DNA from: an uncultured Verrucomicrobiae bacterium
GTDB taxonomy: Bacteria; Verrucomicrobiota; Verrucomicrobiia; Chthoniobacterales; Chthoniobacteraceae
Direction of reading: 5' to 3'
Assembly (NCBI GenBank): GCA_963836755.1
Contig: CAWIKF010000002.1
Location: forward strand, 800,001 to 864,000
Length of the DNA: 64,000 nucleotides
The position numbers and the translations under genes were made by a program. The notes below the pieces were generated by a model, which did no database searches, was not told the DNA's origin, and saw nothing but the letters and a program-made list of their open reading frames with translations. Every line of letters begins with the position of its first letter. Position 1 is the stretch's first letter. Below are positions 29,229 through 39,339 of the stretch, piece after piece.

Positions 29229-29542
29229 TATCTTTCAATGAGATTTTTGATTTTCGGGGAAGTTGATCTAACGAACTTGTAACGCGCACTTGTAACGAAG
29301 CCCTTGCTTATTACATTTGTCTCGATAACAAACGTCGGCGAATCGAAATCCGGGAAAAAATCCGGGAGAATGAGTCGCTTCGCGGTATAATTATAGTGGA
29401 GATAGTTACCGAAGACTGAAGTCTTCGGATTTCGGCGACAGCCTCGATTGCCTACCCGACTCGAAAACACGCCGCATGTCGGCAGTTTTTCCGCGCTACA
29501 ACAAGGCGGCGCGGGATGCGGAATGGAGGTCGTCCCTGAAAT

Positions 29543-30832
29543 ATGCCATCACATCAATTCATCCACCTTGGCTTGCGCCAAGGGTGGGGCGGCGTGCAGT
29601 CGCCCTTTCATATCTCCTACGAAGCTTTGCGCAGGCATCTTTATATTGTCGGAAAAACAGGCACCGGAAAAACCAGCCTGCTTAAAAGCATTTTTTTGCA
29701 ATTGGTGGAGCGGGAACACGGAGTCGCTTTGCTTGATCCACACGGAGACCTCGCCGAAGAGTTGCTCGATCTGCTGCCGCCACGACTGGTTTCAAAAATC
29801 GTGTTTTTCAAACCAAGCGATCTTGCCTTCCCTTTCGCCTGGAACATACTGGCCGAGGTTCCGCTTGATGAGCGCCCTCGCACTGCAAGCGGTATCGTCT
29901 CGGCGTTCAAACATGTTTGGGGTGAATCGTGGGGGCCGCGTCTTGAATACATTCTCTACAACAGCATCCGTGCATTACTCGATGCCGAGCACACGAGTAT
30001 TCTTGGCCTTCCCAAGATGCTCACCAATGCCGCTTATCGACAATGGGTAGTGCGACAGGTCAAAGACCCGTTTGTGACTGCCTTTTGGCAGGAAGAATTC
30101 GAGAGTTACGATCAACGGTTTCGGCAGGAAGCGATTGCCCCAATACAGAATAAAGTAGGCGCACTCACTACCAATCCAGTGCTTCGCAATGTCTTCGGGC
30201 AGGCAAAGCGGAAGCTCGACATTCCTTTCATCATGAATAGCGGGCGCATCTTCATCGCGAATTTGTCGAAAGGGGCGATCGGCGAAGAGCCCTCAAATCT
30301 TATCGGTTCACTTCTTGTATCAGAGTTTCAGCGTGCGGCGATGCAGCGCGGATTGCAGTCGGAGCAGGAGCGCCGAGACTTCACACTCATCATTGACGAG
30401 TTTCAAAACTTCACCACCGGAGCGTTTACCTCAATTCTCTCCGAAGCACGGAAGTTTAATCTTTCACTTGTCTTGTCACATCAATTCACCAGCCAGCTTG
30501 AGCCGGATATTAGCGATGCAGTTTTTGGCAATGTCGGCACGTCCGTAGCCTTTCAGCTTGGCGCAACGGACGCCGACCTCATGGCGAAGGAGTATGGAGA
30601 TGCTTTTGCTGCGAGTCAGTTTGTTGATCTTGAGCGCTTTCATACGCTCGTGAAGCCGTCGAAAGTGGACGGTTGGGCACAACCTTTTCGCGGCAGAACA
30701 GAATCAGTCATTAAGTCGCCGACTCATGCCAGGGAAACCTTCGTTCGAGAATCGCGGCAGCGTTTCGGCAAAGAGCGCGTGAAGGTTGAAGATAAAATAC
30801 GACGCTGGATGAAGCGATGGAGTGATGAGTAG
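29543..30832 (+). CDS. Second coupling-protein-like (VirD4/TraG-type) ATPase
   Basis: RHLYIVGKTGTGKT, LLDPHGDL, WGPRLE, IIDEFQNF, SEARKFNLSLVLSHQ. Confidence 0.85.
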   Translation: MPSHQFIHLGLRQGWGGVQSPFHISYEALRRHLYIVGKTGTGKTSLLKSIFLQLVEREHGVALLDPHGDLAEELLDLLPPRLVSKIVFFKPSDLAFPFAWNILAEVPLDERPRTASGIVSAFKHVWGESWGPRLEYILYNSIRALLDAEHTSILGLPKMLTNAAYRQWVVRQVKDPFVTAFWQEEFESYDQRFRQEAIAPIQNKVGALTTNPVLRNVFGQAKRKLDIPFIMNSGRIFIANLSKGAIGEEPSNLIGSLLVSEFQRAAMQRGLQSEQERRDFTLIIDEFQNFTTGAFTSILSEARKFNLSLVLSHQFTSQLEPDISDAVFGNVGTSVAFQLGATDADLMAKEYGDAFAASQFVDLERFHTLVKPSKVDGWAQPFRGRTESVIKSPTHARETFVRESRQRFGKERVKVEDKIRRWMKRWSDE

Positions 30833-30847
30833 TGGTATAATTAAGCG

Positions 30848-31744
30848 GTGAAGATAAACGTAGCCCGGAGGCCACGTTTTCAGCGTCTCTTAGAGTCGCC
30901 AACCATCCGCCTCACCGACCGGGACAAGGCGATTCTTTCGGCTGTAGTGGAATATCGGTTTCTGACCACAAGCCTTATCCTTTTACTTGTAACGGGTAGC
31001 AAACAAAACATCCGTCGCCGATTACAGCGTTTGTATCACGCTGGATTTCTTGACCGACCAAGAGCGCAGTTGCCGCTTCGTTACGCAGGCGAGCTTTTCG
31101 ATTTTGTATATTCGTCAACGCGCAAGACTCTCTCCCCCGCACTCGCCTTCTCAAGAAGAACGGTTTCGGGTAAGGAATCTAAGAAAGTCTCTTCCCTCTT
31201 TCTGGCTCATGCGCTCTCAGTATCCGAGGCACAAATTCGCATCAGAGTGCTATGTCTTTTGCACGGCTTAGCCTTCATTTCACAACATGAGATCGTGAGC
31301 GCCGGACAGCACGAGGATTCAGCCGGGCATTTACACTGGAGAGTCGCTCTGAAAGCAGACAAGACGACAGAAAACGTCGGCGTCATTCCCGATGCCGTAT
31401 TTTCGATTGAACAGCAGGAGCTTTCAGGCGAGAAGCGTCGCCTCTATTATTTTCTGGAAGCAGATCGAGGCACCATGCCTCTTTATCGGAAGAGCCTTCG
31501 TTTATCTTCGATCCGTCGAAAGACACTTTCTTATTTACGAAGCCGGAGAATGAAATTGTTGAAGGAGCATTACAATATCCCAGGTTTCCAAGTGCTCTTT
31601 GTAGCCCGAACAACGGAGCGCCTTGAACGAATCAAGGAAGTATGCACGGCGGCAACAGATTGTCACAGTTCTTCTCTCTTTCTCTTTACTACGCAAGATG
31701 AGCTACAAGCGGGCAACCTACCACCAAGTCTCGGCATGGTATAA
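30848..31744 (+). CDS. Replication-relaxation (Replic_Relax) family protein
   Basis: LTDRDKAIL...YRFLTT...RRLQRL wHTH, FLAHAL, IPDAVF, FLEADRGT. Confidence 0.8.
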   Translation: MKINVARRPRFQRLLESPTIRLTDRDKAILSAVVEYRFLTTSLILLLVTGSKQNIRRRLQRLYHAGFLDRPRAQLPLRYAGELFDFVYSSTRKTLSPALAFSRRTVSGKESKKVSSLFLAHALSVSEAQIRIRVLCLLHGLAFISQHEIVSAGQHEDSAGHLHWRVALKADKTTENVGVIPDAVFSIEQQELSGEKRRLYYFLEADRGTMPLYRKSLRLSSIRRKTLSYLRSRRMKLLKEHYNIPGFQVLFVARTTERLERIKEVCTAATDCHSSSLFLFTTQDELQAGNLPPSLGMV

Positions 31745-31812
31745 TTGTAGTGATCCGTTGCACACTCCGTGCGACACACTCTAACCCTTTAACTACAAGG
31801 AGGTAGTTCTTT

Positions 31813-32874
31813 ATGCCTACTGCAAAATCTGCGTGGGTTGATTTCAAAGAAATCAAAGCAAAAGTTTCCATCGTTCAAATTCTTGAGCGATATGGCGTCA
31901 TCGAAACGCTTGTCAAAAGTGGAAATGGCGACCGTTTGAGCGGTGCATGTCCGATCCACGGCGGCACCAACAAAACGCATTTCCGCGTGAGCATTTCCAA
32001 AAATTGCTGGAACTGTTTCGGAAAATGTCAGGATGGCGGCAACATTATCGACTTTGTGACTAGAAAAGAGGAAGTCCCATTTCGCGATGCGGCGATACTC
32101 ATTCAGGAGTGGTTTATGGGCGGGCAAAGCGAGACGGAAAACAAAGCCGAAAGGTCGCTTTTTGCGACGAGCCAGGTGGAAGAAGGGCCACGGTTCCGCA
32201 GAGCGGAAATGCAGAGTGAGCCGCAACCAGAGGAAGATGAAGACAATTCACCGAACAAGCCGCTTGCGTTCGAGTTAACGAAGCTCGACATAACGCACCC
32301 GTATTTGCGGGAGCGTGGTTTGACGGACGAGACGATTGCAACCTTTGGACTTGGCTATTGTGAGAAAGGATTGCTACGTGGATACGTCGCCATTCCGATT
32401 CACAGTCCAGACGGCGAGCTTGTTGCCTATGCTGGACGTTGGCCGGGTGTGCCGAAGGACGGCAAAGGTAAATACAAATTGCCGCAGGGGTTTAAGAAAA
32501 GTGTCGAGCTTTTCAACTATCACCGTGCCATAGCAAGCAGGGACCAAGTCCCCATCGTTGTTGTTGAAGGATTTTTTGACGCGATGAAGCTTCACCAAGC
32601 GGGCTATGAGCGAGGAGTTGCACTCATGGGTTCGTCACTTTCCGAGACACAGGAAGAATTGCTGTGCCGACTCTCTGAGACGGACGAGCGAATCATTCTC
32701 TTTTTTGACGGTGACGATGCAGGGCGCAAGGGACAGGCGGACGCTATGGAGCGTCTGTCGAAAAGGCTTTATGTGCGCACCATTGAGCTTGGAGAACAGC
32801 AGGTGCAGCCAGAGGATGTGTCGGTTGACGATCTGACTTACATGCTTCCTTTTCAAAACGGGAGGGTTGCATGA
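31813..32874 (+). CDS. CHC2 zinc finger + TOPRIM DNA primase
   Basis: CPIHGG...WNCFGKC, YLRERGL, GRW, VVEGFFD, FFDGDDAG. Confidence 0.88.
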   Translation: MPTAKSAWVDFKEIKAKVSIVQILERYGVIETLVKSGNGDRLSGACPIHGGTNKTHFRVSISKNCWNCFGKCQDGGNIIDFVTRKEEVPFRDAAILIQEWFMGGQSETENKAERSLFATSQVEEGPRFRRAEMQSEPQPEEDEDNSPNKPLAFELTKLDITHPYLRERGLTDETIATFGLGYCEKGLLRGYVAIPIHSPDGELVAYAGRWPGVPKDGKGKYKLPQGFKKSVELFNYHRAIASRDQVPIVVVEGFFDAMKLHQAGYERGVALMGSSLSETQEELLCRLSETDERIILFFDGDDAGRKGQADAMERLSKRLYVRTIELGEQQVQPEDVSVDDLTYMLPFQNGRVA

Positions 32875-32931
32875 ATTTTCGTGTAGCAAACGCCTATGTG
32901 GAAATGAGACAGAAGGGAGGCCGATAACGCC

Positions 32932-33190
32932 ATGCCTTCCATTTCCAAATTTCCGCTTTGCACCATCTGCGCCACACCACACGCTCTTGAGTCCTTGGAG
33001 GCAACTGAAATCCAGTTTGCCATTTCCCGACACGTATCCGGCGATTGGGGCATCGTCAATGACGAGGATGGCGAAGCAAACGAACGAGCGCCTGTTTTCG
33101 GTTTTTCGTTCCGAAGCAGGTAAAAAGTTCTATGTAATCACCGAGTAGGATAGATCGGTTACAACCGTTCTACTCCCGGAAGATTATTGA
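32932..33190 (+). pseudogene. Decayed small plasmid-associated protein
   Basis: ATPHAL...RHVSGDWG...ANE, then a frameshift to LFSVFRSEAGKKFYVITE-TAG-DRSVTTVLLPEDY. Confidence 0.65.
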
Positions 33191-33197
33191 AAATCAA

Positions 33198-33225
33198 AAC
33201 ACCTTTTCCGAGAGGAGAAGGTGTT
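33198..33225. terminator. Hairpin between convergent genes
   Basis: AACACCTTTTCC-GAGA-GGAGAAGGTGTT. Confidence 0.6.
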
Positions 33226-33240
33226 ATTTCTTATTAGAAA

Positions 33241-33444
33241 TTATTTTGACGGAGAATTGATCGAGTAATCGAGTGCAACGAAAGCCGTGCCTACCGACTC
33301 CGCAACAGCGGCATGGGTCTCGCCATCTTCATTGTGAGCTTCGGCTACGTGCAGACAGCGGCCTACGCGATCATCAAGACGAACATGCTGCCACGACCAG
33401 CCTAACTCGCACAATTTCTCTGCAATGCGATGCCACTTTTTCAT
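33241..33444 (-). CDS. Small hypothetical protein
   Basis: 67 aa ORF MKKWHRIAEKLCELGWSW, ending at the terminator. Confidence 0.5.
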   Translation of the reverse strand: MKKWHRIAEKLCELGWSWQHVRLDDRVGRCLHVAEAHNEDGETHAAVAESVGTAFVALDYSINSPSK

Positions 33445-33584
33445 ACCGCAAAAATATACTACGAGTCAGGAAAAAAAAGACAATTGTGCTGACAACGCTG
33501 ATGCGACTCTTGCTGCGATTGGATGGATTGATTCAGGGTGTAAAAGATGATTGACATTCTTTTCACCGGTGCCACATTGGCACC

Positions 33585-33866
33585 ATGCCAGCAATCGCTG
33601 AAAAAAATGCGCGCCTTGTCACCCGCATTCCTGCCAGCGTGCGAAAGATCATCAAGGCTGCCGCTGATCTCCAAGGTTCCGCTCTCAATCAGTTCGTTGT
33701 GCAGGCCGCCTACCAGCAAGCACGGGAGGTTCTGGAGCACGAATCGCTTATTCGGCTCAACCACGAACAGACGAAGCGCGTGTTTGAATTGCTCGACAAG
33801 CCGCCAAAACCAAACGCGGCATTGATGGCTGCAAAATCAACACACCGCAGCCTGGTCCGTGCTTAG
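33585..33866 (+). CDS. DUF1778 RHH antitoxin (TacA/AtaR-like)
   Basis: ARLVTRIP...AAADLQGSALNQFVVQAA...LLDKPPKPNAAL; overlaps the GNAT gene. Confidence 0.88.
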   Translation: MPAIAEKNARLVTRIPASVRKIIKAAADLQGSALNQFVVQAAYQQAREVLEHESLIRLNHEQTKRVFELLDKPPKPNAALMAAKSTHRSLVRA

Positions 33867-34365
33867 AGTCGAATTGTTGGACGCAACGCACGACCGTGCA
33901 GGTTTTGACTGCGGAGTCGAGCCGCTGAATCGTTATATTCAACAAATTGCACGGCAGCATATCACGAAGGAAATTTCCAAAACCTACGTGCTCGTGGAGG
34001 AATCCGCCGTTGCCCCAAAACCAGTGCTTGGCTTTTTCACCCTCTCGCTCTGCCAAGTGATCGGGCAGGAAGTGCCCCAAAAATGGATGAAAAAGCTTCC
34101 CGAGCAGATTCCCGCGATGAAGCTTGGCCGTCTGGCAGTGGCTACGCAACAGCAAGGTCGCGGATTCGGCAAAACGCTGCTCGTAGAAACACTCCTCAAA
34201 GTCGCACAGGTCGCGGACATTGCCGGCGGGATCGGGCTTTTTGTGGATGCGAAGGATGAAAGCGCTGCCACATTTTATGCGCGCTTCGGCTTTGAACCGA
34301 CGCCCACTGCCCCGCTGAGACTGTTCATGCCGATGGAGACGGTCAGACAATTTGTGAAAGCGTAA
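33859..34365 (+). CDS. GNAT acetyltransferase toxin (TacT/AtaT-like)
   Basis: HDRAGFDCGVEPLN, LGRLAV...QGRGFG, VDAKDESAATFYARFGF. Confidence 0.9.
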   Translation: MLRVELLDATHDRAGFDCGVEPLNRYIQQIARQHITKEISKTYVLVEESAVAPKPVLGFFTLSLCQVIGQEVPQKWMKKLPEQIPAMKLGRLAVATQQQGRGFGKTLLVETLLKVAQVADIAGGIGLFVDAKDESAATFYARFGFEPTPTAPLRLFMPMETVRQFVKA

Positions 34366-34473
34366 TTGGTGCGCTTAACAAAATGGTCACGGAACGGCGT
34401 TCATTCTCTGTAATTTGCCATGCACCGGCGAGCGTTTTTTCGGCGTTTTGAACCGCAAATAGCAAAATGGAAG

Positions 34474-34491
34474 CGAACGCGCTAGGCTCCA
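34474..34491 (+). repeat. attR core
   Basis: CGAACGCGCTAGGCTCCA, a copy of the tRNA-Ala 3' end located at the GC-content transition. Confidence 0.8.
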
Positions 34492-34563
34492 GTTTTCCCG
34501 GTAAAAGTTCCCGCTCCGCGCGCAGACGTGCGCCGAAGTGCGATTGCGAGCAAAGGCAGAGAA

Positions 34564-35508
34564 ATGAGTAACGAGATTTTCCAGACGGTGACGGTCACGC
34601 TCAATCCTGCCATTGATCGAACCGTCACGATCCGCAATTTCACGCCGGGAGAGGTGAACCGCGGCGACGATGTCCGCTCCAGCCCTGGCGGGAAGGGCGT
34701 CAACGTCGCATCAGCGCTCGCGGATTACGGCCACAGCGTGGCGGTCACTGGATTTCTCGGGCGGGAGAATTGTTCGGTGTTCGAGGATCTTTTCGACCGG
34801 AAAGACATTGCCGATCATTTCGTCCGCATCGCCGGCCAGACGCGCGTCGCGATTAAAATCATCGACCCCGCGAAGCTGGAGACGACCGACATCAATCTGC
34901 CCGGTCCCGCGCCGTCTGAGGAAAATCTCACGTCGCTGCGCGGCCATCTCGATGAACTTGCGGAACTCGACGAGGCGTGTTTTGTCCTTTCCGGCAGCGT
35001 GCCGCCAGGTGTCGATCTGGAGATTTACAGCGAACTCATCGCGAAGCTCCGCGCGCGCGGCCAGCGCGTCGTGCTTGACACGAGCGGCGAGGCTTTTTTG
35101 CGAGGAATCAAAGCCGCGCCGCACGTCGTGAAACCAAATCTTCGCGAACTCGAGGACTTTGCCGGCACAAAGCTGAAAGAGCGCGGCGAAATCGTGAAGG
35201 CAGCTCGTGAAATTCTCACGCTCGGTGTGGAATTGGCCGCGATTTCGCTGGGCGCGGAAGGGGCGCTTTTTGTCACGCGCGATTCCGTCGTCAGCGCGCG
35301 GCCGCCGGACGTTGCGGTGCGCAGCACAGTCGGGGCCGGGGATGCTATGGTTGCCGGCATCGTCGCGGCGATGATCCGCGATTTGCCGCTGACCGATTGC
35401 GCGCGACTCGCGAGCGCCTTTGCACTCGTCTGGCTCACGCGCGGCGAGGCGGGCATCCGCGCGAATGGCGCGATCGAGGCGGCGATGCAGGAAATCACCG
35501 TGCAGTGA
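34564..35508 (+). CDS. 1-phosphofructokinase family hexose kinase (PfkB)
   Basis: TLNPAID, GGKGVNVA, LSGSVP, KPNLRE, STVGAGDAM. Confidence 0.92.
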   Translation: MSNEIFQTVTVTLNPAIDRTVTIRNFTPGEVNRGDDVRSSPGGKGVNVASALADYGHSVAVTGFLGRENCSVFEDLFDRKDIADHFVRIAGQTRVAIKIIDPAKLETTDINLPGPAPSEENLTSLRGHLDELAELDEACFVLSGSVPPGVDLEIYSELIAKLRARGQRVVLDTSGEAFLRGIKAAPHVVKPNLRELEDFAGTKLKERGEIVKAAREILTLGVELAAISLGAEGALFVTRDSVVSARPPDVAVRSTVGAGDAMVAGIVAAMIRDLPLTDCARLASAFALVWLTRGEAGIRANGAIEAAMQEITVQ

Positions 35509-35535
35509 CGCGAGCGGGCGGCTAACTTTGACGCC

Positions 35536-36237
35536 ATGGCCTCCAACACCCGCATTTTCATGATCCGCCACGGCGCAACGGTGCTGAGCGCCGAAGACCG
35601 ATTCGCCGGCGCGACCGATGTCCTGCTTTCCGACGAAGGTCGCGAACAGGCGCGGCGGTTGGCCGTCCGGCTGAGCGCGGAAAAGATCGCCGCCGTTTAT
35701 GCGTCGCCAATGAGCCGCACGGTCGAGACCGCGCGCATCCTCGCCGCGCCGCACTCGCTGGAAGTGCAAATGCGTGACGGCCTGCGCGAGATTTCGCACG
35801 GCCGCTGGGAGCAGTTAACTCGCGCGGAAGTCGACAGGCAATTTCCCGACGAGGCTGCCGATTGGGAAAAAGATCCGTATACTTTTGCGCCAGCGGGCGG
35901 CGAAAGCGGACTCGCGGTGACCGCGCGCGCATTGCCGATTTTGATGCAAATTGTCCGCGCACATTCCGCCGGCAAAGTCCTCGTTGTTTCGCACAAGGCG
36001 ACGATCCGCCTGCTCCTGAGTTCGCTGCTCGGATTCGATCCGCGCCGTTACCGCGACAACCTCGACCAAAACCCGGCGGCACTGAACATCGTCGATTTCA
36101 AGGACGCGGTGCGCGCCCGGCTCACATTGTTTAACGACACGTCGCACTACGATGAGGCCGGGCTCGCGATTCCGTCGATCCCGACTGCGCGCTTGTCGAA
36201 ATCGTGGAACGAAACCATCGCGGCGCCAATCCCGTGA
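35536..36237 (+). CDS. Histidine phosphatase family protein
   Basis: IRHGAT, ASPMSRT, LREISHGRWE, GGES, VVSH. Confidence 0.9.
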   Translation: MASNTRIFMIRHGATVLSAEDRFAGATDVLLSDEGREQARRLAVRLSAEKIAAVYASPMSRTVETARILAAPHSLEVQMRDGLREISHGRWEQLTRAEVDRQFPDEAADWEKDPYTFAPAGGESGLAVTARALPILMQIVRAHSAGKVLVVSHKATIRLLLSSLLGFDPRRYRDNLDQNPAALNIVDFKDAVRARLTLFNDTSHYDEAGLAIPSIPTARLSKSWNETIAAPIP

Positions 36238-36306
36238 AGCCGGAGCGCGGCCGGCGATTTTCCGTTTGATTTCAGCGGGGAATCCGCGAACATCGCCACC
36301 CTTTTT

Positions 36307-36783
36307 ATGCGTCACACAATCTCAGTGCTTGTGGAAAATAAGTTCGGCGTGCTCGCGCGCATCGCTGGCATGTTCAGCGGGCGCGGTTTCAATATCGACA
36401 CGCTCAATGTCGGCCCGACGCTCGACCCGAAAACTTCCCGCATGACGATCGTCGTGCGCGGCGACGACACCGTGCTCGATCAAGTGGTGAAGCAGCTCAA
36501 CAAGCTCGTGGACGTGATTGACATCCAGGATTTTCGCGAGGGCGAATTCGTCGATCGCGAGCTGATCATGCTGCGCGTCAAGGTGGACTCAAAGTCGCGC
36601 GCGGAGCTGATGCAAATCTGCGATATTTTCCGCGCAAAAATCATCGATGTGCAGCACAAAAATGTCTCCATCGAGGTCACGGGCAACGAAAGCAAAATCG
36701 ACAAATTCCTTTTCCTGATGCAGCCGTTCGGCATCGGCGATTTGACGCGCACCGGACGCGTGGCGCTCGCGCGCAAGGAATAA
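36307..36783 (+). CDS. ilvH: Acetolactate synthase small subunit
   Basis: ISVLVENKFGVLARIAGMFSGRGFNIDTL, KQLNKLVDV, RTGRVAL. Confidence 0.95.
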   Translation: MRHTISVLVENKFGVLARIAGMFSGRGFNIDTLNVGPTLDPKTSRMTIVVRGDDTVLDQVVKQLNKLVDVIDIQDFREGEFVDRELIMLRVKVDSKSRAELMQICDIFRAKIIDVQHKNVSIEVTGNESKIDKFLFLMQPFGIGDLTRTGRVALARKE

Positions 36784-36791
36784 CCGGGCGG

Positions 36792-38609
36792 TCAGCTGAG
36801 CTTCGTGCCGGCGCGTTTGCGCGCGTTCGCGTCGAGCAACTTTTTCCGCAGGCGCAAATTCTTTGGCGTGACCTCGACATATTCGTCGGGCGCGATGTAT
36901 TCGAGGCTGCGCTCGAGCGTCATGACGAGTGGCGGCGCCAGACTGATGCCTTTGCCGTCGCCCTGGCTGCGCATATTCGTCAACTTTTTCGCCTTGCACG
37001 GATTCACCGGCATGTCGTCGGGCCGCGCGTTTTCGCCGATGATCATGCCTTCGTAAATTTCCTCCTGCGGCGCGATGAAAAGCCGGCCACGTTCCTGGAT
37101 CGTATCGAGCGCGTAGGCAGTGCTGATGCCGTTTTCCATCGCGATGAGCACGCCGTTGAAGCGCGTCGGAATCTCGCCCTTGAACGGCGCATATTCTTTA
37201 AACAAGTGCGATGCGATGCCGTGGCCTTTCGTCACGTTGACGAGATCGGTTTCAAAGCCGATGAGCCCGCGCGTCGGGATCACGGCCTGCACGGTGACGC
37301 TGTGCGGATTGTGCTCCATGTTGATGATGTCGGCCTTGCGCGTGGCGAGGCTTTGCAAAATATCGCCGAGATTTTCGTTCGGCACATCGACGTAAAGCGT
37401 CTCGTAAGGCTCGAGCGTCGCGCCCGACGCGTCTTTTTTGAAAATCACCTCGGGCCGCGAGACGAGCACTTCGAAACCTTCGCGCCGCATTTGCTCGACG
37501 ATGATCGCGATCTGCATTTCACCGCGCGCCTTGATTTCAAAATGTCCCGCGATTTCTGTCTCGCTGACCTGGATGGAAACATTGGTGCGCGTCTCGCGGA
37601 TCAAGCGTTCACGCACCTGCCGCGCCGTCAGCAGCTTTCCTTCGCGACCCGCGAGCGGCCCGTCGTTGATGCAAATTTTCATCGTGATCGTCGGCGGATC
37701 GATCTCGGTGAAAGGCAGCGGCAGACGTTCTTCCGAGTCCGTGATCGTCTCGCCGATGAACGCTTCCTCAAAGCCGCACAGGCCGATGATGTCGCCTTCG
37801 CTCGCGTGTTTGACTTCCACTTTTTGCAAACCTTGATGCGAAAAAAGCGCCGTCACATTTGCGCGCTCGCGTTTTCCATCCATCGAAATGTGAACCACCG
37901 AATCGCCGACAGCCACACGCCCACTGACGATGCGGCCGTAACAAATGCGGCCGAGATAATCACTGTAGTCAAGGTTCGAGACGAGCATTTGAAAATAGGA
38001 AACGTCTGACTTTGGCGGCGGCGGAATGTGTTTCACGATCGCCTCAAACAGCGGCTCCATGTTTTCGGCCGGCTCATGAATTTCGCGCATCGCGTAGCCG
38101 TCGCGCGCGCTCGCGTAGATCACCGGAAAATCGAGCTGCAGATCGCTCGCATCGAGCTCCACGAAAAGATCGAACACAAAATCGAGAACTTTGTGCGGCC
38201 GAGCATTCTCGCGATCGATTTTGTTGATGACGACGATCGGCTTCGCGCCATTCTCGAGCGCTTTTTTCAAAACAAATTTCGTCTGCGCCTGCGGTCCATC
38301 ATGCGCATCGACCACCAGCAAAACGCCATCGACCATCTTCATGATGCGCTCGACTTCGCCGCCAAAATCCGCGTGGCCGGGCGTGTCGACAATGTTGATG
38401 TGATAGTCGTGCCACTTGAACGCAGCGTTCTTGGCCCTGATCGTAATTCCTTTTTCCCGCTCGAGATCCATGGAATCCATGATCCGAATTTCCGAAGCCT
38501 TTGCCTCGTTTGCGCGGAACGTTCCGGATTGTTTTAAAAGTTGATCAACAAGCGTGGTCTTTCCGTGATCGACGTGAGCGATGATGGCGATATTGCGGAT
38601 GTGTTCCAT
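36792..38609 (-). CDS. typA: Translational GTPase TypA/BipA
   Basis: [56 protein letters not shown]. Confidence 0.96.
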   Translation of the reverse strand: MEHIRNIAIIAHVDHGKTTLVDQLLKQSGTFRANEAKASEIRIMDSMDLEREKGITIRAKNAAFKWHDYHINIVDTPGHADFGGEVERIMKMVDGVLLVVDAHDGPQAQTKFVLKKALENGAKPIVVINKIDRENARPHKVLDFVFDLFVELDASDLQLDFPVIYASARDGYAMREIHEPAENMEPLFEAIVKHIPPPPKSDVSYFQMLVSNLDYSDYLGRICYGRIVSGRVAVGDSVVHISMDGKRERANVTALFSHQGLQKVEVKHASEGDIIGLCGFEEAFIGETITDSEERLPLPFTEIDPPTITMKICINDGPLAGREGKLLTARQVRERLIRETRTNVSIQVSETEIAGHFEIKARGEMQIAIIVEQMRREGFEVLVSRPEVIFKKDASGATLEPYETLYVDVPNENLGDILQSLATRKADIINMEHNPHSVTVQAVIPTRGLIGFETDLVNVTKGHGIASHLFKEYAPFKGEIPTRFNGVLIAMENGISTAYALDTIQERGRLFIAPQEEIYEGMIIGENARPDDMPVNPCKAKKLTNMRSQGDGKGISLAPPLVMTLERSLEYIAPDEYVEVTPKNLRLRKKLLDANARKRAGTKLS

Positions 38610-38778
38610 GTCTTCGGTTTCCAAAAGGGCGGGGAATATGCCCACTCTGCGCCATGGCGTCAATGTCCGTGCCCGCCGTTTTGCGAAAAAGAATGATGCG
38701 CTTGTCGAATACGCGTTGACACTCTGTTATAAATATGGAGATTACGCCGTATCTTCGCCTAGCGGAAGTTCACCACGC

Positions 38779-39333
38779 ATGCACAATTTACTCACCGTCA
38801 AAGAAACGGCGGAATATTTACGCATTCCTTTGCCGACCGTTTACTACCTCGTGCAGCGCGGCCAGCTGCCCGCGATCCAGATTGGCGGGCGCTGGCGCAT
38901 CAAGAAGGATTCGCTCGATCGCGACATTCTGCGCGAGGAGGAACACGGACAGCCCACGGTGCTCGTGGTGGATGACGACGAGGGTGTGCAAGGTCTCTTC
39001 AAACTTTTCCTGAAAAAGACCGGCTTCAGCCGAATGATTGTCGGCAACGGTCGCGAAGCAGTCGCGGCTCTCAAGAAACAGAAATTCGATCTCTGCTTTC
39101 TCGACCTCGTTTTGCCGGACATCACTGGCGACGAAATTTACAAGCAGGCGAAGAAAATCGATCCGAACTTGCCCGTGGTCATCATCACCGGATTTCCCGA
39201 CAGTGAGATGCTCGACAATATTTTGCGCTTTGGACCGGTAACGGTTTTGAAAAAGCCGCTCAAGGTCGAGCAGCTCACGCAGACGCTGAAATTTCTAGGC
39301 CACAAAATGGCCGAGGTCGAAGCAGTCGCGTAG
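38779..39333 (+). CDS. Excisionase-type HTH + receiver domain regulator
   Basis: LLTVKETAEYLRI...QIGGRWRI, then VLVVDDD, FLDLVLPD, IITG, KKP. Confidence 0.88.
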   Translation: MHNLLTVKETAEYLRIPLPTVYYLVQRGQLPAIQIGGRWRIKKDSLDRDILREEEHGQPTVLVVDDDEGVQGLFKLFLKKTGFSRMIVGNGREAVAALKKQKFDLCFLDLVLPDITGDEIYKQAKKIDPNLPVVIITGFPDSEMLDNILRFGPVTVLKKPLKVEQLTQTLKFLGHKMAEVEAVA

Positions 39334-39339
39334 CGTCTT

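Larger units (their letters stand above)
1763..34491. mobile_element. tRNA-Ala-integrated genomic island, probable integrative mobilizable element (~32.7 kb)
   Basis: Recombinase next to the tRNA, direct repeat at both ends, visibly lower GC than the flanks, mobility and defence cargo, and housekeeping genes resume at 34564. Confidence 0.88.

Noticed and set aside
19304..32874. Prophage
   Set aside because: No capsid, terminase, tail or lysis genes were recognised.
38779..39333. Excisionase for the island
   Set aside because: It lies outside attR, has host-like GC and is fused to a receiver domain; it is a chromosomal regulator.
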